From Eledone cirrhosa (Eukaryota), in NCBI GenBank assembly GCA_964016885.1, contig OZ024746.1, positions 4,092,001 through 4,156,000 of the forward strand: 64,000 nucleotides of DNA, given 5' to 3'. Position 1 is the first letter of the stretch. The number at the start of each line of letters is the position of its first letter. Positions 1-13,130 of the stretch are shown here, in pieces. The position numbers were made by a program, and so were the translations under genes. Below the pieces are notes generated by a model. It did not search any database. It worked only from the letters and a program-made list of their open reading frames with translations, and was not told the DNA's origin.

Positions 1-109
1 ATTTTGTCTGAGGCTCTACCGACTCAGCCAGTCACCGTTTTGGTTATAATAGTAATTAGTACAAAATCAATTTATCGAAAAGTACTTGATAAAATTACAA
101 GTCAGTCAA

Positions 110-420
110 TCATATTGGTGGCCTCCCCACAGCCCCGGCGGACAGGATGGAGAAGGCGTTTCCCCGGAGGACGGCAAGAGAGATGCGCTGGAAAAGCCAT
201 TCCAACTCGTGAGGCTCACACCTGCGGCTGGCCAGCTCAGCGCCTATGGTGGTGAGTAGGGAGGTAGCCCTAGGGCCGAGGACAACAGAAGTCTCCACTG
301 CCAAGGGTACGACCGCAAACCTGTCGGAGAGCGAACGGTATTTTGGAGAGTTTGGCCTTCTCAGCCCGACGTGCAGCAGAACCTGGGTTAGTCGCAGACT
401 GCACCTGGTTGTGGGTCACT
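110..420 (-). mobile_element. 3' fragment of CRE/SLACS-clade non-LTR retrotransposon (restriction-like endonuclease C-terminus), frameshifted
   Basis: Minus-strand translation across a frameshift: AARRAEKAKLSK.../AVETSVVLGPRA...LEWLFQRISLAVLRGNAFSIL, matching the CRE-type A-E-xxK-xxK-Y...P-A-ET-G...QR-S-A-xRGNA pattern; GC-rich relative to flanks. Confidence 0.75.
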
Positions 421-559
421 CTACGGTGCCTTCTCTTATTTTGTCCCGATATCCGTGTCATATTGGTCAGTCTGATGTTTAACTTGATTTAACCTCTCAC
501 ATTGTTCAATTACCTATCCCTTCTTCCCTTTATTACCCTCTTTCAATTTACATCGTCTT

Positions 560-652
<93 letters not shown>

Positions 653-1417
653 TAAATGAAAATAGAGAAATTAATGTGAGCAAGAAGCCAACAGTATTTC
701 ATAATATATAAGAGACTATAACGTCAAAATGGAAAATAATTAACGTAAGATATGGGAAAATAATTCAAACTCAATTAAAAAAAAATCAAGACAGATTTTA
801 TCCGCAGATTTTGTGAAATCCAGGGAAAAAACCAATAGAGTCTTAACTCAGAATAAAATAAAGTTTAAATACTCATCCTTCAATTTGGAAAAACAACAAA
901 TGCTCTATATAGTCTTAAAAAGACTATTTCACGAAACTTTTCAGTGGGATTGGTCACGGTTGGAACCGTTCCTCAGTAGAGCTCAAACACGATAACCCAA
1001 AACACTGCCAAAATATGCCAAAAAGGGAATTTAAAAGCTGGCTAGTTCACCTCGTGCTGAATTATGAAAATAAACACACATGGAGAGACATGGCTGGTGA
1101 CGTCAGAATGAGACGAATGTCTATTTACAAGAAACAACAGTCAAAAACATTCCGAAAAAACTCTACAAAATGTAAGGAGTTCAGCAAAATAGCAATATTA
1201 TCGCGGTTTATATATATATATATCCGCTCCACTCACTCCCCTATTGTTCTACAGGCAAGTTCAGCCACCCCTACCTCCCACTAAATGCCATGATAGACTT
1301 ATTTGTGTTTACAACAAATTTTAACCAATCCTCTTGACAACTACAATCTTTCCATATAAGGAAGTACCCCCTTGACAAGTTCGGCTATTTATTCACCAGG
1401 CTAAACATTCTAATTTA

Positions 1418-1553
1418 GTCCAGAAATAGCCGTCGAAACGGCTTGAGCTCTGCCGTCGGGGTCATACTTTTTCCTATTTCCCACTCTACTACCCTAAATA
1501 TTGAGTACTCTGGTGCGTTATGGTCCATCTGGTTCCTTACCACAATTCCTTTG

Positions 1554-1556
<3 letters not shown>
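1418..1556 (+). mobile_element. PLE terminal-repeat fragment carrying the 3' half of a hammerhead motif
   Basis: GAAACGGC-TTGAGCTCT-GCCGTC-GGGGTC at 1435-1463 followed by a tail shared with 10119-10311, 34019-34211 and 36821-36910; ends in (TA)n. Confidence 0.65.
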
Positions 1557-1608
<52 letters not shown>

Positions 1609-1613
<5 letters not shown>

Positions 1614-1846
1614 TAATTATGTAATAAACAACATAAGACAATTATTCCATTTACGAAGACAGACGAGCTCAACAGAGACGTCTTAAATCGCTCATCAGAA
1701 CCAGACGTCTCTGTTGAGCTCGTCTGTCTTCGTGAAACCTTTGGTAAATGGAATAATTGTCTTATGTTGTTTATTACATAATTAAATAACTCTGTAGCAT
1801 ACATAGAGCACTCTCCTTTCCTTTACCTTCCCTACGGAAATACTTC
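1609..1846. mobile_element. Fold-back PLE terminus with split hammerhead (CTGATGA on minus arm, GAAAC...GTA on plus arm)
   Basis: Inverted arms ~1609-1682 and ~1703-1789; TCATCAG at 1692-1698; GAAACCTTTGGTA at 1734-1746; flanked by (TA)n; same family as 17712-17803. Confidence 0.7.
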
Positions 1847-1899
1847 ATATATATATATTGTGAAAATATTTTTCATAATTAAATTGAAGCCAATATATA

Positions 1900-2010
1900 T
1901 ACCGCTGTAAATAAGGTACTCAATATAGAGTGTAAATAACAAATTTAATAAATAAATAGCTTCTACAGAACTAGAACTGTTACATTCGAAGGAAATCATC
2001 AAGGAAGCTT
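1900..2010 (-). mobile_element. PLE terminus with degenerate hammerhead (family of 17483-17537)
   Basis: Minus strand AGCTTC-CTTGATGA-TTTCCTTCGAAT-GTAACAG-TTCTAGTT-CTGTA-GAAGCT; tail TATTGAGTACCTTA shared with 17571-17584. Confidence 0.55.
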
Positions 2011-3002
2011 ACATATATATATATGTGCAATCTCCAAAAGATTGCACACGTACAAGCACATAAAAACACATAAACCAACATTTAACAAAACTGACACCTC
2101 TAAACACATAATATGCAATAATAAACACGAACAATCTTTTGTTCAACAAATTTAGAATTTTCCACAAAATAAACAAAACAGAAGCAGTCATGTATAGAAA
2201 CAAATTATTATATACACACAGGAAAATATATTAGCGGAAGAAACATTGATATTTATTGCTGACTTACAAACAGTACGATACAGCTTGATACACGCTCAAA
2301 TGATCTCTAATCTCTGAAGATGTCACATATAAGCGTTTGGTGACATTTAATGGTCTATCTACTGTCCATATAATACAATACAGTGGCTTATAATGAAATA
2401 GATTCTGACGAAGGAGAAACAAACTAGTAACACTCTACTGCCATATGTGGAGCTTTACACAACTAATCAATTTCACAGTCATTAAAATATATATGCTGTT
2501 CATAGGATAAATTAATCATCCAATGGAAATTACAGACGGTCATCATATGTCAATAATGCTTTATAAGACAGATCAAATTATATAAACATGTGCTCAGTTT
2601 TTGCGCTATTTCATTCTGTTTGGAACTGGTTTTTCATAAGCTATTAAGTTATTACATACGATATAACTTATAGAATATTATGTTGGTTGGTTTCGGTACA
2701 AAACAGGATTTTGAATCCTGTTCGACATGATGAGATTCCTCATTCATTTATTTTTGACAAAATGTGCCACGAATGGACAGTGTTTGGGTAAGGGTAGTTT
2801 TCATGTCTAACTTCACACACGAATCTGAAATAACATTATGGCATGTAAGGATCATTTCTATGCCAATATTTAACTGCAAACAAGTATTGCATTAAGTTTG
2901 TCTGTAAATATATATACATATACACCAGGTCCGAACGCAATGGAACCAATCTCCCACTGTCACTGCCTCCGTCTCTCCCCATCTCCCACTATTATAAGTA
3001 AA

Positions 3003-3090
3003 TGGGGGCCCACACGCTGGTCGCTCCGCAGCTACGGAGGACAGAATAGAGAAGACGTTTCCCTGGAGGATGTTAAGGGAGAGCGATGGA
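3003..3090 (-). mobile_element. Second short CRE-like 3' end fragment
   Basis: SLSLNILQGNVFSILSSVAAERP resembles SLAVLRGNAFSILSAGAVGRP at 110-200. Confidence 0.55.
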
Positions 3091-3886
3091 AGAACCAAGT
3101 ATTGCATTGTCAACGAATTGACAGAGCAATTTTTGTATGTCATAATCAGGATATTGTATTCCTATATAGATCCTATTTAAAATGAATCACTGATCATCAT
3201 TCTAGAATATATCCTCCGAACGCCAAACAATCTCATTTCTATTTATTATTTTCTAATTTTGCATCACAGACCATTTCTCTAAATATGGGAAGTGGAAAGG
3301 AGAGATAAAGTATTTATAGAGAGCCATAAACCAAGTGGATACGGTATCTGACTTCGATCTTTCTCGTTTGTGGGATGGTTGCAAACTTAATGTTAATATT
3401 ATATTCCTGACCCATGGGCAATGTATTGAACGTTGCCTGTCGAAGACTTTTTACCTAATTAAGCTAACGTTTATTCTAATTACGTAAAGCGCACGCTACA
3501 AACAGTTACTAAGAGGCTACTGCAGAAACGGATGCTCATCTCAATAAGAACATGGATTGACATTTGTTAATTTCGGTTTTTCCCAAGAGATATATTGCTT
3601 TCCAGTGCCAATTGGCTGTAGACATTATTGTTGTTTTAGTTTAGCTGTATGATTAAGCGTTCAGTCAATTGAGTGTTTGAATATTCACTGCATAGTAATT
3701 ACTCTGTCGCTAATGATTCACTAGAAGCAAATACTGATATCCATCTGAAGCGAATATTCTAATATTCTACCACTAACAAAATTATGACAATTCATTGTAA
3801 AGTCTAATAAATGGCGGGATATAGACAGCTTTGATTGCTCAGTTCGTTTTAAAAGGAATCCAACGCAGCATTCTGTTTACATAGAC

Positions 3887-3995
3887 CTTCTTCTTCTTCT
3901 TCTTCTTCTTCTTCTTCTTCTTCTTCTTCTTCTTCTTCTTCTTCTTCTTCTTCTTCTTCTTCTTCTTCTTCTTCTTCTTCTTCTTCTTCTTCTTC
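3887..3995. repeat. (TTC)n microsatellite
   Basis: Pure TTC tract; a similar tract lies at ~33207-33320. Confidence 0.95.
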
Positions 3996-4132
3996 TCTCT
4001 ATGTGTGTATATATAGATAGATATAGATAGATAGATATATGTGTGTGTGTCTGTGTGTGTAAAAAGTAAATGCAAACGACACAGTACAAGAAAGAAATAT
4101 ATTAGTTTAACGCTTGAAATAATAGGAAAAAG

Positions 4133-4168
4133 TCTTAACGTCTCGGACACTAGTCCTTCATCAGAAGA
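4133..4168 (-). ncRNA. Minimal type I hammerhead motif with GAAA>GAGA mutation (probably inactive)
   Basis: TCTT-CTGATGA-A-GGAC-TAGT-GTCC-GAGAC-GTT-AAGA; inside PLE tail ~4060-4225 homologous to 27940-28075. Confidence 0.7.
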
Positions 4169-5360
4169 TAGCATGAGAAATAGAAAGATAAAGACTGAGA
4201 AGAGGAAGAAACGGAAAAAGTACATGTATGCATATGTTTACATACATATTTCCTTTCGGCAGCTTGTTTTTGCTGATTTGCAAGCCCCAAATTATCTCCA
4301 CGAGTAGAAACAATTTATATATACAAGTATATGCACGTGTCCGAGCACCTGTGTGTGCAAAAATATGTGCATAAACGTGTGAGATTTATTGTATGTCTTT
4401 GGATATATTTGTATGTTCTTATGCTGTAGATGTGTCGGGCCATACGCTGTAACATCTATACAGGCAGATATAAAGATATCAACTGACAAGGGAGGAACGT
4501 TAAGATGCTAAATGAACTAATAATAAGAACATCAACAATAATGTCATATCAGTATATTTATTATAAGAAAATTACAGAAGCACATTAAACTGCAACTAGA
4601 TATTATAACAAGCCAGACTGAGCATTACTAATACATAAAATATATAAATATATAACAGAACATAATAAAAATAGAATTATGTAACGATATTCCGTTAGGA
4701 TTTTCAAAATGCTGTCATGCCCTACGGGATAAAACATTCTATAAACTTGCCTACACGCAGTATACGTTACACTGCATCATCATATTCTGCTAAACTTTAC
4801 AAGTTGGTTAATATAATAAAGTAGAGAGAAAAGCTGCCAGTGCGTTGTACTTTCACACTCGTTTATATGTTGAAATTGTAAAAGTCATACCCTTATATTC
4901 TTCACTCTAGAAACTATATAAGTTTTGTTTCAAGTCAGTCTTTAGTCTCGTCCCTTTGTATCTTGAGTTCAAATCTTGTCTATGTCGGCAATATATTCCG
5001 CCTCCTTGTGTTCTGAATTCAAATGTCACCGACGTCAGCTTTGCTTCCCAGCCTTCCTGAAACGATAAAGGCCCAGTCTACGGTTGTTGATTGACGGAGG
5101 CATCAGAGCATCGTATGAGATGTTTTGCAATATTTGCTCCACTCTTTGCATTCTGAGTTCAAATCTCACCATGCTCTGTGTGGGTGGTAGACCTAATGCG
5201 CTGTCCTGTTTAATCCCACTGGTTGTTCAAGCCTCTGGGCAGTTTAGCTGAGACAGACAGGCCAAAAGCTAGAAATGCCACGAAAACTGAATCATTCTAG
5301 GAGGGAGTTAACCTAAAGTCAATCCTGGAGTAGGCACCAATGCTCAAAATATGGAAAAAA

Positions 5361-5571
5361 GTGTATATATTTGCTATAGAGTATATATTTGCTATAGTGT
5401 ATATATTTGCTATAGTGTATATATTTGTTATAGTGTATATATTTGCTATAGTGTATATATTTGTTATAGTGTATATATTTGCTATAGTGTATATATTTGT
5501 TATAGTGTATATATTTGCTATAGTGTATATATTTGTTATAGTGTATATATTTGCTATAGTGTATATATTTG
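5361..5571. repeat. 18-bp minisatellite GTGTATATATTTG(C/T)TATA, ~12 copies
   Basis: Direct tandem repeat, mostly alternating C/T variants. Confidence 0.95.
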
Positions 5572-6625
5572 TACTGATTGGTGTCGGAAGATCATATCAT
5601 AATATATAAAGACACAGACCAAATTCTACAATGATACAATGCCGTAGTTAGGAATACTTTTATACCTAAAACACTGAACGACATGACTATAGTGGAGGAG
5701 ACAAGAACGACGTCTGAGTTCGCTCCACTCCATATCTAGCTCTCTGTTCATGTGTGTGTATGGGCATATGTGTGTGTCTGTGTGTGTTTGTGTGTGTTTG
5801 TGTGTGTCTATGTGTGTGTCTGCGTGTGCGTATGTGTGTGTATGGGTATATGTGTGTGTCTGTGTGTGTGTGTATGTGTGTGTATGGGTATATGTGTGTG
5901 TCTGTGTTTGCATGTATGCGTGTGTATATGTGTGAGTATGTGCGTGTATGTGCGTGTTTGCGAGTGTGTGTATGTGTGTGCCTATGCATGTGTGCGTGTG
6001 TATGTATGTGTGTTTCAGAGTGTGTTTCAGAGTGTGTTTCAGAGTGTGTGTATGTGTATGTTTGTGTGTGGATGTGTGTGTTTGCGTGTGTGCCTCTGTG
6101 GCAGAGTATGTGTATGTGTGTATGTGTATCTATGTGTTAGTGTTTATGTGTGTATATGTGTCAGTGTATTATATGTGTCAGTGTATGTATGTGTGTCAGT
6201 GTATGTATGTGTGTTTGTGGTTCGCACTGGCCATTGTTCCTTCAATGTTCTTCAATTTTAATATAATTGTGTGAATTATCGATCATAAACGAAGCCAGTA
6301 ATTTATTGTTTAGATAGCCCAAGCGTATTAGTAAAATCAATCGATCAAAAACTTCACTAGAGATTAATATGAACATTCTGTGAGGATATTCCGCATGCAC
6401 ACTAAACTTTGGTAAAATACGATTCCAGAGAGATGTAAATTCAATTGACATATTATAATCATAGAATGATGTTGCTGTATGTCACTTAAAGACAGAGGAG
6501 TCAACTAGAACACGTGACATTCAGTTGTACCAGCTGTATTTATAGTCACTCTATTATAGGTCATTTCAGATTATATCGTTCAAACCTACACTATTCCACC
6601 ATATATGTATATATGTGTATATGTG

Positions 6626-7425
<800 letters not shown>

Positions 7426-7505
7426 ATATATATATATATATAGAGAGAGATATGTATGTATATATGTGTATATGTATAAATATGTATATATGTATACATG
7501 TATAT

Positions 7506-7705
7506 GTCGGGTCACTCTTGAGTGCTACTAGTAACATGTAACCCAGTACAACCTGTCGCATGGTCGGGTCGTCGGCGACTAAGCCGGCAACCCCACCAAG
7601 TTTACTTGGTGAGGAGGGTGATTTTTGACACCCTGCACAACAAAGAAAAAAACCTGACAAAGGGCGGAAGAACTCATAAGAGTCAACAGCCATCCAAAAG
7701 TGTGT
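7506..7705 (+). mobile_element. LINE (RTE-like) 5' UTR-type repeat with possible degenerate HDV-like ribozyme
   Basis: GC-rich island; GG-TCG-TCGG-CGA-CTAA-GCCGG resembles the P4/J4-2/P2 end of HDV-like ribozymes. Confidence 0.35.
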
Positions 7706-7744
7706 AAATATGTATATACACATGTACATATGTATGTATATGCG

Positions 7745-8514
7745 CGGGGACATAGAAATAGCCGGGATGGACACCCGATCGCGCGGTTAAACCACTGGGA
7801 GTGAAGGACCCCTCGCCTTTGTCAGTGCATTCTTCAAGGAGAAAGCAACTCAGGAAATTGGGATAACTCCGATATAAAACCTGCGGCTCAGTAGTTACCG
7901 ATGATGTTGATCTTTTTTTCTTTTATTCTCGGGTTATAGCTACTGTCGCTCAGAGAGTGGGATTGGCTCAGTGCACAGTTTTTCCTCACTTTAAAAAATA
8001 TCTTCACGCACAGGCATTGCACGATAGAATTAATTAATAATTATTAATAATGGTATATCTAGCAATGGCCATACTCGATAACGAGGGGGCAGCCATCATG
8101 TATGTATGTATGTATGTATGTATGTATGTATGTATGTATGTTCTTCTTTTTGGTAAATATCATCTTGGTTAAGAGAGTGGGACTGGCTTTGTGCAGTGCC
8201 TTTGCTCACTATAAAAGCTTCACGGCACAGGCATTGCTTTATATCTGGAGATCTCTCTGCACTTGTCGTCACATGGTACCATGGGCCCAGCACTATGTGT
8301 CAATAATTGTCACAAGTGTAGTGTTTGTACCAGAGTTTTCAAGTCGCTGGCTGGACTAAAAAGTCACATTCGTTCAGCGCATCGGTAGGGGTTCTCCTAC
8401 ATGGATATAAAGTAGTGGCCGTACTCGAAAACGAGTTGGCAGCCACCATGTATGTATGTATGTATGTATGTATGTATGTATGTATGTATGTATGTATGTA
8501 TGTATGTATGTATG
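7745..8514 (+). mobile_element. Two tandem related SINE-like copies ending in (TATG)n tails
   Basis: Shared GAGAGTGGGA(T/C)TGGCT...GCACAGGCATTGC and TGGCC(A/G)TACTCGA.AACGAG..GGCAGCCA.CATG(TATG)n at ~7950-8140 and ~8172-8514. Confidence 0.55.
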
Positions 8515-9286
8515 TTAGAGAATATTTGAATATTTGATGGTAAATATTGTACTATCATTTATTTACTACATATCATAAAATAATTTTAAGGAGGTAAGAT
8601 GTGACTTTATTGAGGTTTCGATACCAGGGTGCTGCTGTCATTACTCTTATCACACATTCAATATACATTGAGACAGTGTTTCAGTGTTTATTTAATCCAT
8701 CAAACACCTATAATAAAACTTTGACCTTCAGCGAAAGTACAAAACACATATATTAAGAATGAACGCTAACTTTATTTTATGTTCGTTGTTGAAAATATAT
8801 TAGATATCGGTTGCAGAGTTGTCGTTTAATTACCAGTAGGAGACAGACGTAGCAGTAGGAGACAAGGATAATTCAAATATAGTAAAACTTCTATTTTCAG
8901 CATCGAAACTTGAGCTATCTTAAAATAATGTATTATTGTTAATCTTGTTGGCTGTCATTTTTAAATGTATTTTTTTTTCTTTTTCTTCTAATGTCTTCCT
9001 TTGATAAAATATCCAATAGTAACATATGAATTTATCATTTTAGTTACTTCTATTTAATATAGAAAGGTTTTACTTGAGTTTATTTCGGATATGAAACGGG
9101 TGACTTTTCTTTGGAAATAAATGATTGGAATGCTGTCAAAAATAGAATATTATAAAGGATTAACATTGTAATAAGTAGATAATAATACTTTCCTCTCATA
9201 TCTCTGTTAATTCTGTAACTGTCCTTTATATGTATAGGAATATGTATGATTACATGATGATTCTCTCTCTCACACACACACACACA

Positions 9287-9353
<67 letters not shown>

Positions 9354-9493
9354 ATATACGTATAATGTATATAAGGCATCTTTATTATATATATAACAAT
9401 GATTTCTACAGGACCAGAATTGTTTCATTCGTATTAAATCAACAGTAGCTTCTTTAACTGTCGTTACCCCCCTCACCCGACACGGGAGTCTAC

Positions 9494-9532
<39 letters not shown>

Positions 9533-9541
<9 letters not shown>

Positions 9542-9775
9542 TAAACAAATAATGAATAAACAATTTCTTATATTAAACAAAAAAAGGAACTTTTTTTGTT
9601 TAATATAAGAAATTGTTTATTCATTATTTGTTTAATATTTTATCTTGTACTCTGTATACCGTTTATCTTTCACCGAAAGTGGTTTTTCATTACATCTCTT
9701 CTTTCCATGATATCCGGAATACATTGAGTTCTTCATACGGATTGGACACTACCGTAAACTCTTGGTAGATTTATC

Positions 9776-9780
<5 letters not shown>
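9533..9780. mobile_element. Perfect 54-bp-arm hairpin plus tail inserted in (TA)n (PLE-terminus architecture)
   Basis: 9533-9586 is the exact reverse complement of 9590-9643 with a 3-nt loop. Confidence 0.65.
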
Positions 9781-9809
<29 letters not shown>

Positions 9810-9811
<2 letters not shown>

Positions 9812-9985
9812 CATCATCGTTTAACGTCCATCTTCCACGCTATCATGGGTTAGGTGGTTTTGTTCCATTCGATGCGGAATTGGTTGGGAGACCATGTCTC
9901 GCTCGTACGGAAGCGTCGCGAGCAGGTTTTTTTTTTACAGCTGGATGTCCTTCCTAACACCAACCACATTTACAGTGTGGACAGT
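9810..9985 (-). mobile_element. SINE/short element with RTE-type 3' tail
   Basis: TCATCATCGTTTAACGTCC on + is the antisense of a GGACGTTAAACGATGATGA tail, like the RTE tail at 15492-15530. Confidence 0.55.
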
Positions 9986-10027
9986 GGTGTCATCGACGAA
10001 GTGGACAGAACAGGAGAAGGAGGGTGG

Positions 10028-10113
<86 letters not shown>

Positions 10114-10118
10114 ATATA

Positions 10119-10308
10119 ACGAAGGAAGTGTGGTAAGGAAGGAGATGGACCATAACGCACCAGAGTACTCAATACTTAGGGTAGTAGAGTGGGTAATAGG
10201 AAAATGTTTAACCCTGACGGCTGAGCTCAAGCCGTTTCGCCGGCTATTTCTGAGTCCAGAAATAGCTATCGAAACGGCTTGAGCTCTGCCGTCGGGGTTA
10301 AACATTTT

Positions 10309-10311
<3 letters not shown>
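10119..10311. mobile_element. Fold-back PLE terminus with hammerhead 3' half in both arms
   Basis: Arms 10198-10252 / 10257-10311; GAAACGGC...GCCGTC at 10271-10293; (TA)n flanks. Confidence 0.7.
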
Positions 10312-10344
<33 letters not shown>

Positions 10345-10349
<5 letters not shown>

Positions 10350-12345
10350 TTATTATGCGCATTTCAAAAACAAATATCATCATGGGATGATATCTGCGTT
10401 CTCATCAGATAAAATAAGGATACATAATATGAAGCTTAAAAAACACTTGTGAATAGTGAAGTTTTAAATCAACATATGAAAAATAAATTAAGATTGATGT
10501 ATGAGATTGGGAAAAAGTGAGGGGGGTGGAAAAGGTAAGGAAGAGGAAGAGATGAGAGAAAAGAATGGTGGGGGAGGAGTATAAGAAGGAAGGATGAGAG
10601 AGGAGGAGAGATGGGTGATAGAGAGAGAGAGAGAGAGAGAGGGAGATAGCCTTTACAACTGAGAAAAAATATATATTGTCTCACAGAGAGAAATTAAAAA
10701 GCCGTTGGAAGATAATAGATAATTTAAAAGAATTTGAAATTTATGAGGTTTATGCATGAAGAGAAAGGAATTAAGAATAATATTAAATTAAGGTTTGTAT
10801 ATTGAAGAGTTTAATAATATGTGCGAGGAAAAGAAATTATTAATATGTATTATTAAAATAAAAATATTAATGTTATTAAGGATATAATGTGAAAAGAAGG
10901 CGAAGAATGAATGAGTTATGAATTTAGAGGAATTAGTTAGGGTTTAAGTTTGTTTTTATGTAATGTAATATGTGTACGTAATATGTGTACGCAAATAGTT
11001 TGTTTAAAAATGAGCGCAGAAGGCAAAGAAGAAAAGAATGTTTAAGGAAGAAAATATCTAACATCAAAAAGTATATATGTTTACGAAATATTTTCTAATG
11101 GTAATAATATAGTATATTAAAAGAAATTAGTTAGGGTTTAAGTTTGTTTTATTGTAATATGTAAAAATCAAATTAAGTATTAGTTTAAAACGAGCATGAA
11201 AGGATGGAGGAGATAAGAGAAATTTAAGGAAGAAAAAAATCTAACGTCAAAAAATTATGTTTACGAAGGACTACTAATGGTAATACTATAATGTATAAAA
11301 AAAATAATTTTTATGGCCAATGATATGGGGAAGGATGGAAGAATGGATAATGTTGTGGTGAGTAATAATAAGAATTGAGACGTAGTTAGGAAGAAAAGGT
11401 ACAGATTAGAGGTTAGAAATTAAAAAGAAAAGAGGAAGAAAGGAAAATGATAAAGTGGAATGATATAGAATGAGTAAATTGTATTATATAATATATAATA
11501 AATAATATTGAAATAAGGTAGAAAGATGGGTATATTTGTAAAAGATATATAAGCTTTTGAGAAAAAGGATTTTAAACTAGTAAGGTATTAGATATTAGCT
11601 GTATACTTTATGGAATGTTCTGTGGAATTTATGCAAACAGAGAGAAAATAAATCCGTGCGTCTATTTATTATAGAATTGAAATTAGATATAATGGTAAAT
11701 TTTTCGGCTAGGCAGAGATTACATGTTCTGGATAGGGAGGAATTCAAGTAAGGTAAGGCAGAACAAACTTTTCTCAAGAGATGTTATAGTTAATATTTTT
11801 GTCTTTCAAGGACCATATGAGTTCCGAGAGTGCCGTGTTAGTTCTTTTAAGTTGGTATCTAAAAGACGACTTGTGATTATAGAATCTAGCTTTGAAGGAG
11901 GTGGAGGTGGAACCGAAATAGGTAAATGAATTGGTATCAGTTATAACCTTACATTCATAGACTAAGTTTTTATCAAGACAATGGTTATTAAGAGGACATT
12001 TAGTTCTAACAGGGCAATTACAATTACGATTAGAGAAATTAACAGAGTTATTAACAAGTGACCTAGTGTTATTTATAGGGGGAATTAGAGTTAACAATGA
12101 CGTCGGGAGTACTACTGCTATTATTATGACGCTCAGTGTTGGAAGGATGTGATTTAATATTTAATATTTTGTTGTTGTGTTTAGAGATAATGTTAGAGAT
12201 GTTGGAGGAGGTGGAATAAGAAAATTTTATTGTATGTTTGTTAAAGATTTTACTATAGATATGTGAAGGAGGGAAGCATTTATCTAAGGCCCTAAAGAAT
12301 AGTTTAGGAATATTATTATTAATAGAAATAGAGAAAGGAGTATTA
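10345..12345 (-). mobile_element. 5'-truncated Penelope-like element, Naiad-type (RT thumb end, Cys linker, GIY-YIG endonuclease, 3' UTR, hammerhead)
   Basis: Minus translation ...LDKCFPPSHIYSKIFNKHTIKFSYS...CNCPVRTKCPLNNHCLDKNLVYECKV...YFGSTSTSFKARFYNHKSSF...CNLCLAEK...INRRTDLFSLCLH; frameshift near 11775; clade assignment by motif recall only. Confidence 0.85.
10347..10415 (-). ncRNA. Type I hammerhead ribozyme motif (loop III GCGC)
   Basis: ATTTTAT-CTGATGA-GAAC..ATATCATC-CCAT-GATGATAT..GTTTTT-GAAAT-GCGC-ATA-ATAAAAT. Confidence 0.85.
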
Positions 12346-12436
12346 TACCCTCCAGTGCTACAAACTATAGAGTGCTACTTATCCGATATTTGCATTGCTT
12401 TATTGTGCTACAATAAAACTCACCTCCTATATATAC

Positions 12437-12529
<93 letters not shown>

Positions 12530-12533
12530 ATAT

Positions 12534-12635
<102 letters not shown>

Positions 12636-12648
12636 ACACATATATATA

Positions 12649-12685
<37 letters not shown>

Positions 12686-12847
12686 ATATATATATACTTA
12701 TATATATATATATATAAACACACATATATATACTTATATATATATATATAAATATATATATATATAAACACACACACACACACATATATATCTCTATATC
12801 TATCTATATATATATATAAACACACACACACACATATATATCTATTT

Positions 12848-13022
<175 letters not shown>

Positions 13023-13035
13023 ATATATATATATA

Positions 13036-13130
<95 letters not shown>

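Noticed and set aside
650-1200. Possible PLE N-terminal coding remnant
   Set aside because: A-rich and coding-like, but no diagnostic motif could be identified.
2313-2430. CTGAAGA-TGTCAC...GTGACA and CTGACGA...GAAAC as hammerheads
   Set aside because: The first lacks GAAA after the stem; the second lacks stem II.
11774-11776. In-frame TGA as selenocysteine (reported for some Naiad elements)
   Set aside because: The second copy reads TGG AGA at ~57102; here a 1-nt deletion creates TGA and a frameshift at a Trp, not a Cys, position.
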